Positions 1 to 11,133 of a stretch of 44,734 nt of DNA are shown here, piece after piece; the first letter of the stretch is position 1, and the number at the start of each line of letters is the position of its first letter. The position numbers and the translations under genes are program-made. This DNA comes from Octopus sinensis (lineage: Eukaryota): assembly GCF_006345805.1 (NCBI RefSeq), contig NW_021834945.1, positions 1 to 44,734 on the forward strand, written 5' to 3'. A model generated the notes under the pieces. The model searched no databases. It was given only the letters and a program-made list of their open reading frames with translations, and was not told where the DNA came from.

Positions 1-33
1 AGCAGGCATAGAGACGGTGAAGGGCGGTGGCGA

Positions 34-37
<4 letters not shown>

Positions 38-68
<31 letters not shown>
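38..68. repeat. (AG)n microsatellite
   Basis: Direct dinucleotide run. Confidence 0.95.
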
Positions 69-76
<8 letters not shown>

Positions 77-435
77 TGGAGACAAAGAGAGACAAAGAAA
101 TTTAGGGATAGCTGATGATGTTTTATTAAAAGTAGTAGTGTTGATGGTGACAGTGGGAGTAATAATAAAAGGGTGAGAAAGAGGGAGATGATGTCGAACT
201 TTGTTCAATCATGTCTATGACAGAAATTCCTGTCGCCAACATACTGAACCGTATCAGTTTTTGCTTTCTTTATTACATACACATATAAAATACACTTTAA
301 TTGAAATAAAGTTTCCCCCAAATTAAACACATTTAATATAATAAATGTGAATGTCATTGTGTCACACTTATTCAACTTTAATAAATCCTTTCTACTGGAA
401 GCACAAGGCCTCAAATTTTTGTGGGTGGGAGAGAA

Positions 436-573
436 GGGATTCAGTCGATTACATCGACCCTAGTACGTAACTGGTACTTATTTAATCGATCCCGAAAGGA
501 TGAAAGGCAAAGTCGACCTCGGCGGAATTTGGACTCAGAACGTAGCGGCTGACGAAATACCGCTAAGCATTTC
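436..573 (-). mobile_element. tRNA-derived SINE family A, copy lacking its 5' head
   Basis: Reverse complement matches the copy at 30109-30328 (GTTCTGAGTTCAAATTCCGCCGAGGTCGACTTTGCCTTTCATCCTTTCGGG...); B-box-like GTTCAAATTCC. Confidence 0.9.
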
Positions 574-579
574 ATCCGT

Positions 580-698
580 TATTTCGTCTGCCGCTACGTT
601 CTGAGTTCAAATTCCGCCGAGGTCGACTTTACCATTCATTCTTTCGAGTTTGATGAAATAAGTACCAGTTGAGCTCTTGGATCGATATAATCGACTTT
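580..698 (+). mobile_element. SINE family A, 5'-truncated copy
   Basis: TATTTCGTCTGCCGCTACGTTCTGAGTTCAAATTCCGCCGAGGTCGACTTT matches the other family A copies in the window. Confidence 0.9.
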
Positions 699-1900
699 CT
701 TCCTCTACCAAATTTCAGGTCTTGTGCCTATAGAAGACAGGATTATTATTTGAAACTGTTTGTTTCGGCTCCACGCGACGTACATTTTCACAATGCAATA
801 ATGTTACATGTAAATTTACATTTACCTGTAAATCTATATGTAACTCCTAGTAAATGTGTTAAGTGGTTTTTCTTTCACCTGCCCACTCACTCGTGCATGT
901 GTGTGTGCGCGCATGTGTAAGTTATGCATCATTCTATTTTCAAACCATGGGCGATTATGTCGTTAGGTGAAACGAACTGGAATAAATAACTTACAGTATT
1001 GTACCCAAACGCGCTGACGATTCTGCCAGCTCGCTGTCTGTGAGCTTAATTTAATGATAGCTTTCATTCTGTATTCAACCCTTGGGTGACTATGCCGTTA
1101 GGTGAAACTTGAAGTCCTCGTCAACACGGAATTCGCAATAAATTTGACTCTACTCTCCTTATTGAGTGATCTCATTACTAAATGCTTCGTTGTTCATTCT
1201 GTAACTAACTTAAATAACCTTAATTTAACAGTTATACACACGCATACAAACACACAGGTTAGTGTTCGCATGAATTTGTGAGGGGGTGCGTTTGTTTGTA
1301 ATGTATTGTCTGAGTATTTGGGCGTGATTGGAATGGCGGAAAATAAAAATACAAATTATATAAAGGGCAACAAAAAAAAAATGTGAAGTTGATTGCGATA
1401 AGGATAGTGATGGTCTCTGTGACGGAGATAATTGTGGCGTTTGTGATGATGAGGGAGAGGAGGAGGATGAAACAATAGGTGGCCACCTCTGCATGCTCTG
1501 TTGGTCATTGGATAGAGGGTGGTGGGTTACCTCCCTTCCCTCTGGTTTTCACTAACAACAATAGTTGCACCGTTGTAAAAAACAAAAAAAAAACAATGAA
1601 ACAAATATATAATAAATATTATTGATATTGCAGAACTAGTTGGAAAAATGAAGAAAAATAGTAACAGGAGGAGGAGGGGAAGCAAAGAACAGGATAGGAA
1701 GGAAAAGGAAAAGTGAAAGTGAAGAAGGAAAGAAGGAGGTGAGGAGAAAGAGGCAGAGAGGGGTTGGTAAAGCAAAAAAAAAACCAAAAAAAAAAACGTA
1801 TTATTTTAAGCCAATAACAAAGACTAAACAGAAGAAGCAGAGTGAAATATAATTGAAATATAAAGACTGAGGGAAGGAGAAGCTGTGAGTCCAGGGAGAA

Positions 1901-1903
<3 letters not shown>

Positions 1904-1954
<51 letters not shown>
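1904..1954. repeat. (AG)n microsatellite
   Basis: Direct dinucleotide run; source of the SLSLSL ORFs. Confidence 0.95.
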
Positions 1955-1957
<3 letters not shown>

Positions 1958-2268
1958 TGGAGGATGTAAAAGGGATAAGAAAACGATAGACTAGAAGAGG
2001 ACAAAAATAAAAAAAGAGATATAAAAAGACAGAAGAAAAGAAAAGGATAAAAGTCAACCATAAAATAATATAGTAAAAAAAAGTGTGGGGTGGGGGAGCG
2101 GGGTGGGGGAGCGGGGTGGGGGCGGGGGTGGGGGTTAGAAATTGTTGTGGAGATAACTTTAAGTAAACAAATAAATAAACGAAGAAACAAAGAAAACAAA
2201 TAATGAAAAGCAGGAAGTGAAACATACTTGAACCTCGTAAATATAATTTTATATATGTATATATATAT

Positions 2269-2313
<45 letters not shown>

Positions 2314-3555
2314 TATATATAAATTAGGAAAAAGAAAAACAAAATGTGAACAGCTTGACTAAAAACAAAAGACAAAAGTAACTAATAAAGAAAAACGGGG
2401 GCAAAAAAACCCCCGACAACAATGACAATAACGGTTACAGCAACAACAAAATCTACAACTACAACATTAAAATGGACGATATCAATAGCAACAACTACAC
2501 AGAAAATAACAACAACGATGACAAAGAAAGGGAAAATGGAAAAAAAGCTTGTGAAATAAAGGAAATTGCGGCTGCCCCAAGAGACAGCCCTTAAACTTTG
2601 AGGAAATAGAATCATTAGCATGGTTTGATGTCTCTGTTGTCATCGTTGTTGATACAATGTTTTATTTCGTTTTGTTTCATTGTGTTACAAACTTTTTTAT
2701 TTATTTGAAACCCATCTGCCTCCTTATGGCAAGTTTTTTTCTTATTTCGACAAGTTTTTCAATTAAAAATCTGTTGGTTCTTCTATCAATTGTCTCACAT
2801 TAGAATTTTATGAGGAAATATTGGCTTTAAATGAGAACAATATAGAACAGGAATAAGAACCATTATTAACAATGATCCTTTATTTCCTTATTCGTTTTAC
2901 TTTCCATTTCTGAAGCCGCAAGTCTAGATTTATAATAAAAGAAATAGAAATAAATAAAACATAGGTGGATCTAGAAGTAGATTTTAAACAAACAGATTAT
3001 TAGTGGTGTGTGTATTTGTGTTTATCCATAATGGAGACGAACACCATTTCTCCATGTGGTTGGTTTGAAAAATTGTTAAGATATTAAGAGACTTTTCTAT
3101 TTCTTTTTAACATGAAACCAATGGTAGCCTTAATACAAAATTAAAGAAATTCTATCCACCAATGTGGTGTTGAGCACTCATTGTCATCGTTCGACATTTA
3201 TGTACACACACACACACACACACACACACAGATACACGCACATGTATATATGTGTACGGTAGCAGAATTTCGGTTAGAGTCAAATCTAACAAACTACTCC
3301 AAATCGTTGATAGAGTATCCGCATAAGTGGAGTCAAGACCGAATATTTTGGACTGTCGTCAAGTCGTTTAACTTCTAATGATGAAGTCAAACTAAATAGG
3401 GATATTTTGAAATCATTCAGTATGTCCATTTCATGTTTATGTAATATATAACTGAAAATGTATTCATTACGTAAAACTTTCTCAATTTTGAGAAAGGTGA
3501 GATTTGAAATTAAATCACAATTTTATTGGTTTTTGTATATTTTTAGATCATTAAA

Positions 3556-3785
3556 ATGAAATGCCAAGTGGACAAAACTGAGCATTTTCGACACCATTTA
3601 CTTTTTGCATTTAATCGAGGTGTTAAGCCGATCGAACCTGCTCGTTGGATTTGTCCTGTGTATGGAGATTTGTACTGTGTATGTCTTAAAGTATCACCCG
3701 CCATTAGTTTTCGCGCTTCAAAAATGGGAATTTCAACCTCAAGGACAGACCACACACTGTTCAACTAACTGAGTTCGATGAACCA
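3556..3785 (+). pseudogene. mariner transposase N-terminal fragment
   Basis: MKCQVDKTEHFRHHLLFAFNRG...ICPVYG, then after a frameshift FSRFKNGNFNLKD; typical mariner N-terminal HTH region, also similar to the element at 38267. Confidence 0.8.
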
Positions 3786-4072
3786 TGACCATTGAGTGAA
3801 AGTGGTGCGCCGCAGGTTTTTTTATCCCAATCCATCTGCTCCGCCAATTCTCTGGTGGTTTGACGTGGATTTTCATGAAGTTAATTCAATCGCTATTCAT
3901 TGAACTCAATTGGTCGACCGGTGTATGATCCGTCCTTGAAATCAACATTCCCATTTTTGAAGCACGCAAACCAACGGTGGGCGGTACTCTGAGGCATTGC
4001 TTCTTCTCCATACACAGCACAAATCTCACGAGCAACTTCGGTGGGTTTAACTACTGGATTAAATGCAAAAGA
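3781..4072 (-). pseudogene. mariner transposase N-terminal fragment (second copy, inverted)
   Basis: Minus strand reads FAFNPVVKPTEVAREICAVYGEEAMPQSTAHRWFACFKNGNVDFKDGSYTGRPIEFNE*...HENPRQTTRELAEQM; clearly homologous to 3556-3785. Confidence 0.8.
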
Positions 4073-4145
4073 TTAATAAAATATTAAAATCAAAACACTA
4101 TCTTGTAGTTCACAAAATTCTCTTTCAAGTAACATAAAACATTTT

Positions 4146-4320
4146 GCCAATGCTTAGTGGTATTTCGTCGGTCTTTAAGTTCTGAGTTCAAATGCTACCG
4201 ATGTCCACTTTTATCATTTCTGGTTCGATAAAATAACTAACATTGAGTACTGGGGTCAATGTAATCGAATTTCCCCCTCCCACGAACTTGCTGGCCTTGT
4301 GTCAAAATTTGAAACCATTA
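4146..4320 (+). mobile_element. SINE family A, degenerate
   Basis: ATGCTTAGTGGTATTTCGTC...GTTCTGAGTTCAAAT...TACTGGGGTCAATGTAATCGA similarity. Confidence 0.7.
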
Positions 4321-4341
4321 TTATTATTGTTATTATCAAGA

Positions 4342-4453
4342 AAGCTTTAGCACGCCAGACAAAATGCATAGTAGCATGTCGTTTTTCTTTGCATTCTGAG
4401 TTCAAACACCGTAGAGATCGACTTTACCTTTCATCCTTTCGAGGTCGATGAAA
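4342..4453 (+). mobile_element. SINE family A, degenerate 5' half
   Basis: TTAGCACGCC...TTCTGAGTTCAAA...GATCGACTTTACCTTTCATCCTTTCGAGGTCGAT. Confidence 0.75.
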
Positions 4454-4761
4454 TTGTTATTGTTTGTTCATTCTCACGCCACGCTTGGCTGATTAGGGCC
4501 GGTTTCCCGGTTTCCTTGGCGTATAGGTTCCCCACCTGGACGGGACGCCGGTCCGTCGCAGGTGAGCTGCAAGATGCAGGAGGAAAGAGTGAGAAAAAGT
4601 TGTGGCGAAAGAGTCAGCAGAAGTTCGCCATTACCTTCTGCTGGAGCCGCGTGGAGCTTAGGTGTTTCGCTCATAAATACACACATCGCCCGGTCTGAGA
4701 TTCGAACCCGCGATCCCTCGACCGCGAGTCTGCAGCTCTAGCCACTAGGCCATGTGCCTCC
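4454..4761 (-). mobile_element. full-length tRNA-derived SINE (family E)
   Basis: Minus strand starts GGAGGCACA with A box TGGCCTAGTGG (4742-4752) and B box GGTTCGAATCT (4698-4708); 3' part TGCGACGGACCGGCGTCCCGTCCAGG resembles tails of other metazoan SINEs; short A-rich end. Confidence 0.85.
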
Positions 4762-5530
4762 ACGATGAAATTGTACCAGTTGATCACTGTAATCGACTAA
4801 CCCCTTCGCCCAAACTGCCAGGCCTTACACCTGCAGTAGAAAGGATGTTATTTGTTTTCTTAGATATAAAGTGTGTGCCTGTCGAAGTGATGTTTATATG
4901 GGTCTGCGAATATGCATTAAATTGGATGCAGGTAGGGCCGAAAGTTTAAGAACATTGCTTCGTAATCATGAGTTATAGGGTTCGATCAAACTGGGAAGAA
5001 TCTTGATCATGATTGTGCATAGCCTACGATTGAGACTAGTCAAGCTCTTTGAACGAAATAATTAAAAACAATTAGACACAAGCAAGAAAACTGAAACTTT
5101 TGGTCTAGTTGAGAAAACATTGGCGTATTAGCTGATAGGTCTTTAATTCAGATACTCGTGATCCCTACAACACAACATGTTCATCGTGACGTTTCAGTAT
5201 ATGTGTATTACATGCATTAAATTCATCAGATAGTGTAAATCCGCCAGATGTATCGGTATATACAATGGAAGAGTGTCCGATGTGCAAGAAATTTATCTCG
5301 CGTCTATTACTCGGTTGTTAGAGAGTGGAAAGTAAACCTCTGACATCATAAATGTCTGCAAGTCTCAAATATATGTTCATTAATCATATACATTATTTTT
5401 ATTTTAATCTTAAAGAACAAAGTGAATTGACATTGTGTGATTAATTGCATAGAATTATAGACGAGCACTATTTTGATAGAAATCATGTTGGTGCTGGTGA
5501 TGAGCGTAATGGTAACTGCGGGAATGGTGC

Positions 5531-5574
<44 letters not shown>

Positions 5575-5590
5575 TAATAATAATATAATA

Positions 5591-5622
<32 letters not shown>

Positions 5623-5635
5623 GTAATATAAAAAA

Positions 5636-5697
<62 letters not shown>

Positions 5698-5700
5698 TAA
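5531..5700. repeat. (TAA)n microsatellite
   Basis: Direct trinucleotide array. Confidence 0.95.
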
Positions 5701-6500
5701 TAAATGCCGTGGAGCCACTGTTGAAACACACGACGAAGGCCAGCGTCATCAAAACTGAAAATTGTGTAACTAAAGAAAAATTTAAACAAGAAATGAAGAA
5801 AAAAAAAAAAGAAAAAGCATGGAAGGAAAACATGTACGGTTAGTTTGCAAGAGATGTGAACGCCAAGACAGATACACAGGACCCGTGATTATGGATGAAG
5901 AGGAGTGAACTGAAGATAGAGACAGAAGCACTCATATGCGCAGCTCAAGACAAGCGTTAAGGACCAATTATATGAAGTGCAGAATTGACAACACTACCGA
6001 TAGCGACAAATGCAGAATGTGTGGTGAGAAGGGTGAAACAGCATAACACATCGTTAGCGAATGCCCGAAATCGGCACAATGCGAATACAAATGACGTCAT
6101 GACAATGTGACAAGAATGATCCATTGGGAGTTCTGTGGAAATCACGGCCTACGAACAGCAAAGACGTGGTATGAAAAAACCCCAGAACGAGTAACCGTAA
6201 ATAAGAACTGCAAAATCTAATGATCCAGTACGATCACCTGACCAGACATAGGAAACTGGACATTGTTATGGTGAATAAAAAAGAAAGAATATGCATCATT
6301 ATCGACATAGCAATGCCACAGTGACAACAGGGTCAATGTGATACCAGTCGTGATACTAATAGTAATTGGCGCACTTGGAAGTATCAGTACTCAACTACCA
6401 ACATGGCTGAAAAAGATCGGTGCGAGTGTGAAGGTAGAACATCTACAAACATCAACATTGCTTGGAACTGCAAGAATTTTTGGCAGGCTTCTTAAGATTT
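5701..6500 (+). mobile_element. R4/Dong-type non-LTR retrotransposon, 5'-truncated, decayed C-terminus
   Basis: Translation across stops/frameshifts: ELKIETEALICAAQ..ALRTNYMKCRID...DKCRMCGEKGETA*HIVSECP...RHDNV...IHWE...DIVMVNKKERICIIIDIAMP...VIGALG...LLGTARI = CCHC knuckle + RHD + restriction-like endonuclease. Confidence 0.85.
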
Positions 6501-6520
6501 GAACAGTAAAGGAGTTTCAC

Positions 6521-6689
6521 CTAAGTCGATTACATTGACTCGAGTACGTAACTGGTACTTAATTTATCAACCCCAAAAGGATGAAAGGCAAAGTCGACCT
6601 CCGGGAATTTGAACTCAGAACGTAACGGCAGACGAAATACTGCTAAGCATTTTGCCCGGCGTGCTAACGATTCGCCAGCTCGCTGCCTT
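6521..6689 (-). mobile_element. SINE family A, near full length
   Basis: Reverse complement GGCAGCGAGCTGGCGAATCGTTAGCACGCCGGGCAAAATGCTTAGC...GTTCTGAGTTCAAATT... Confidence 0.9.
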
Positions 6690-7154
6690 TAGTAATAATA
6701 GCTTTATTATTACTATTAGTTTATTTTCCAGAGTTCTTTCGCCACACATTCTGCGACCTCTTCAATGGCTATCTTTTCTTCGTCTCTCCTCTTCTTTCCG
6801 GTCTTGTCCTATCTATTTAATCTTGTGAATAAACAGGACAAGGGTTGTATATTACACTCATTGTATGCCTTTGTTTTTCTTTTCCTATACTCCCAGCAGT
6901 CGTCAGGTTGTGGAGATGGGTGGAATAGGACAAATGCAAAAAAATGAAACAGGAATACAAACAGTGTCAAATGCAAACCCGTAAAGACGCAGAGAAGACA
7001 CTATACACATGCCAAAGACATAGTCACACACACAAATACAAACGCAAATGCATGCGCAGATACGGATACATTTCACAGATGGACAAACTGGAAGAGACAT
7101 CCCACCGATGAAAACTTTGACTTCCATCCTTTTGCGGTCGATAGATAAGATATT

Positions 7155-7480
7155 TTTAGACAAATTATCTCAGGGAAAACTGTTGATTTAGTCTCCCACA
7201 GTCTCTTCAGCTCCCTTGCTAGATCCTGATATTTCTCGATGTTTTCAATTTCTTAGAGATCGTCTTTACTATCAGTGAATTGTAGAATCTTACACTGTTT
7301 GTGTATTCATAATCATATTCGGTCTTGTTGGTCCCATAGGAGGTCAATTTTTTTGCTTGGAAATTCCGCAAGATTCTGTAATTCTCATATGCAAACATAT
7401 TCAAACATAGCCCCCGCTTCGTATTCAAACCACTTTCTGCGATTTTGACGCAGCATACTCGTATAATATCCGAATGAATT
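7155..7480 (-). mobile_element. R4/Dong-type endonuclease fragment, highly decayed
   Basis: Minus-strand pieces RKWFEYE..ENYRILRNFQ..PTRPNMI..EIENIEKYQDLARELKRLWETKSTVFPEII match the KWYEH/KILWD/RPD/EKYxDLARELxxLW pattern. Confidence 0.65.
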
Positions 7481-7486
7481 CTTTAT

Positions 7487-7860
7487 GATGAAAACGATGA
7501 TGATGCTGTTGCTGATGATGATGGTGACGACGACGATGGTGATGATGATGATGATAATAACGACGACGATGAGGGTGATGGCGATGGCGATGATGCGATG
7601 ACTATGACGACAATGATGATGATAATGACGACGACGACGACGATGATGAGGGTGATGGCGATGATGATGATGTGATGACGATGACGACGACGATGATGAT
7701 AATGACGACGACGACGATGATAATGACGACGACGACGACGACGATGATAATGACGACGACGATGACGATGATGATGATGATGATGATGATGATGACAATG
7801 ATGATGATGATCACGACGACCACCAGCACCAGCACCATTACCACCACCACCGCCACAACG
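7487..7860. repeat. (GAT/GAC)n degenerate trinucleotide array
   Basis: Direct. Confidence 0.9.
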
Positions 7861-8399
7861 ATGTTAGTCTCTTTTTCCTTTCCACAGTAAAAAAAAATAA
7901 AGTCTATTTAAAAATAGTGGTTGTAAAGTAAGATGCGTGTAAAAAATTTTGTGTAATAAGTGTCAGAAATTAAAATATCCGAAACAAAGAGGTGATGAGG
8001 TGGGTACATATAGAAATTAAAGTCACAACCTCGGCAGAGAGGAGCCAATTGAAGTGGCGTGTGACAGTGACGTATACAAATTATATGTCCTAGAGTGACA
8101 TATGAATTAAAATTGTGACAGCGAAATGTGTGAATTGTAACGAAGATAGGATGTAAATGTAGAAAGTATGTACGAAGTTATATGTGTGAATGCTTCTACT
8201 GAGCTTTGTCTCTGTATATGTGTATACGTTTGTATATTTATATGTATGTACAAACATATAACTACACAAACACACATACATATACATACATCCACACGTA
8301 CGTGTGTACACTCATTGTACATATATGTGCATGTTTATATAGAACTCCTTCTCTCTTTCTCTCTCTCTATATATCTATTATATATATATGTGTGTGTGT

Positions 8400-8438
<39 letters not shown>

Positions 8439-8487
8439 AATATACATATGCATATATCGGTACAGGATGTTACCAACAGTAAACAAC

Positions 8488-9166
8488 ATATAGCCATGTG
8501 GTAAGAAGCTGGCTTCCCAACCACAAGGTTCCGAGTTCAGTCTCACTGCGTGGCACCTTGGGCAAGTATATTCTACTATAGCCTCGAGCCGGCCGAAGCC
8601 TTGTGAGTGGATTTGGCAGACGGAAACTGGAAGAAGCTGTCACAGATATATATATATATATATCGAATCCCGGACCGGGCTGCGTGTTGTGTTCTTGAGC
8701 AAGGCACTTTATTTCACGTTGCTCCAGTTCACTCAGCTGTAGAAATGAGTTGCGACGTCACTGGTGCCAAGCTGTATCGACCTTTGTCTTTCCCTTGGAT
8801 AACACTGGTGGCGTGGAGAGGGGAGGCTGGTATGCATGGGCGACTGCTGGTCTTCCATAAAAAACCTTGCCCGGACTTGTGTCTAGGAGGGTAACTTTCT
8901 AGGTGCAATCCCATGGTCATTCATGACCGAAGGGGGTCTTTACCCTTTATATATACATTGGCGTGTGTGTGTCTGTGTTTATCCCTCACCATCGCTTGAC
9001 ATCCGATGCTGGTGTGTTTATGTCCCTGTAACTGAGCAGTTCGGCAAAAGAGAGTGATAAAATAAGTATTGAGCTTACAAAGAATAAGTCCTGGAGTCGA
9101 TTTATTGGACAAAAGGTGGTGCTCTATCATGGTTGCAGTCAAATGATTGAAACCAGTAAATGAATA
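8488..9166 (+). mobile_element. tRNA-derived SINE family B, split by a nested insertion at 8663-8945
   Basis: 5' half GTGGTAAGAAGC...GTTCAGTCTCACTGCGTGGCACCTTGGGCAAG...GGAAACTG; 3' half CCATCGCTTGAC...TAAGTCCTGGAGTCGATT...CAGTCAAATGA; same two halves at 20738-21590. Confidence 0.85.
8663..8945 (+). mobile_element. SINE family C, 5'-truncated at the B box
   Basis: Starts TCGAATCCC then GTGTTCTTGAGCAAGGCACTTTATTTCACGTTGCTCCAGTTCACTCAGCTG, a central motif shared with the minus copy at 18290-18620. Confidence 0.75.
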
Positions 9167-9316
9167 CATATATATGTATATAGATATACATATATATCTA
9201 CACACACATATATATATATATATATGAATGTATGTATATATATATATAAAAAGGAAATGAAGAAATGCTGACAAAATAATTTAAGTAAGGGAGAGTGTAT
9301 TTAATTAGGTGAAAGT

Positions 9317-9356
9317 TCTTTTTACCGGTTGCGCATTTGTTATGCTTATCAAAAGA
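9317..9356 (-). ncRNA. decayed type I hammerhead-like motif
   Basis: Minus: TCTTTT-GATAA-GCAT(AACAA)ATGC-GCAA-CCGG-TA-AAAAGA; stems I (6 bp), II (4 bp) and the ACCGGT palindrome pair, but the core is damaged. Confidence 0.45.
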
Positions 9357-9899
9357 TATTTTGAGTGAGATAGAGTTCCTTTCTGATTGATTTTTTTTCT
9401 CTTATCTGACTTTATGTTGGGTTTGCTGTCCCTTATATGTGAAAAAAGAGGCTCCAGAGTTGTTTAAGATTTGCTTGGTTTCGCGCCTAAAATTTGTTTT
9501 GGACAATGGTCAATACAATTTTGATTGGTCATTATAAAGGGGTCACGTGAATGTTTGAATGGAAGTTGGTGTTGGGGTAAGAAAATAGGCTCCAGAGATG
9601 TTAAAATTTGGCTAGTATCGCGCCTAAAATGTCTTATTGGTCATAATAAAGAGGTCACGTGAATGTGGTCATAATAGAGAGGTCACGTGAATGTTTAGAA
9701 TGAATGTTGATGTGGGTGGTGTATGGAGTTTTTGAAAATAGCGTTGTTGAAAATTCTTATTGTTCAGGCTGGTCAGTAGACGTCATGTGGATATTTTGAA
9801 AAGCTTTTTAGCGCGTAGTTAAGGAATGTATTTTCGGCTTGACTGAATTTGAGCTGGAAAAGTAAGTTCGTTTAGGACAGGAAGAGCTATATATATGTA

Positions 9900-9948
<49 letters not shown>

Positions 9949-10213
9949 TGTGTGTGTGTGTGTTTATGTATGTTGGGGCGCGCGAGCGTGTATATATGTG
10001 TGCGTGTGTGGGTACAATTTTCAATATTTATAGTTCTGCTGGCCTTGTGCCTGTATCGGGAAGCAACGTGTTTGTGTGAAGTCAATATTTACAGTCATTT
10101 CCAAAAAATGGTGTTGGATGTTTTGCACCCGTGCGTGTGTCATGGTGTTAATATCTGGGTAAAAGTGTGTGTAGGGTGTGTGCAGGTGTAAGTGTGTTTG
10201 TTGTGGGTTCGTG

Positions 10214-11133
10214 TTAGGGGGATGTGTTTAGAAGTGGTCTGTATTTATTAATAAGGTGGGATTCCATGGTTATTCGCTGGGTATGAGTGGCATTGTCTTT
10301 AAATTTGTAGAGGGGAAAGATTCTAAAATTGGGATGAAGTTGTGCGGCACAGGTATCAATATGTGCACTAAGTGCTATTTCTCTGTATTCCTGTATTTTT
10401 ATTTGGGATCTGTGGACAGTCATGCGTTGGCGGAGGCTATTTTTAGTTTGGCCTATGTAGTGTTCATTACAGCCCGAGCTAGTTAAGACATATACTAGGT
10501 TTTCTGATGCGCATGTGAAGTTGTGTTTTACTGTGAAACGTTGTCCTTGTTTAAAAAGGAATTCCGGACCTTCTATTAGGTTGATGCATATACCACAGTT
10601 GGGTCTATTGCATTTGTTTACTGTGGGTTTAGTTGTTGTGGTTGGCAGTACTTTGGCATTTGTTAGGATGGTTTTCAATGATTTGGGTTGCCTTTTACTC
10701 TTTATGATTTCGTGTGTTAGGAGGATTTGGTTCATTCTATGGTCCTTTTTTAAATACAGGAATGTTCTGGAGGATGGTGTCAAAAGCTTCATTGCTGAGG
10801 GCGTTGTGTGTAGAGATGTATGGTAGAGTATGGGGTTTCGATGTAACAGGTTTAGGGCGTCTAAGTTCCTGTGTGCTGAGTTTTAGGGCGCGTTGGATCC
10901 CATTGTCAATTAGTGACGTGGGGTAATCCCTGCTTGTTAATGTGTCCTTAAGTTCTTGTAGACGTAAGAGACGGGTGTTTTTATTGGAGACTATAGTGCA
11001 AATTCTCTTGGCTAAGTTGTAGGGAATGTTAATTTTAACGTGTCTAGGGTGGCATGAATTGAAAGGGAGGTATTGTTTGGAGTCTGTGGGCTTGTAGTAT
11101 ATGTCTGTTTCTATTTTTTGTTGTGAATTTTAA
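10214..11133 (-). pseudogene. Penelope-like element ORF, 5'-truncated: RT thumb, Cys-rich linker, GIY-YIG endonuclease
   Basis: IETDIYYKPTDSKQYLPFNSCHPRHVKINIPYNLAKRI...RDYP; KCNRPNCGIC; TCASENLVYVLTSSGCNEHYIGQT..LRQRMTVHRSQI; natural stop at 10214; only two 1-nt frameshifts in homopolymers (~11115, ~10750). Confidence 0.92.

Noticed and set aside
1225-2621. ORFs of 75-183 aa rich in F/L/S/I/Y
   Set aside because: Translations of purine-rich, (AG)n and (TA)n low-complexity DNA; no domain motif or splice support.
4698-4761. A and B boxes suggesting a tRNA gene
   Set aside because: No full cloverleaf; continues into SINE body, so it is a tRNA-derived head.
5185-5229. Minus-strand CTGATGA ... 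GAAACGTC
   Set aside because: Neither stem I nor stem II pairs; compatible with chance.
10040-10213. SECIS element downstream of the Penelope ORF
   Set aside because: No in-frame TGA in the ORF and no convincing SECIS stem.
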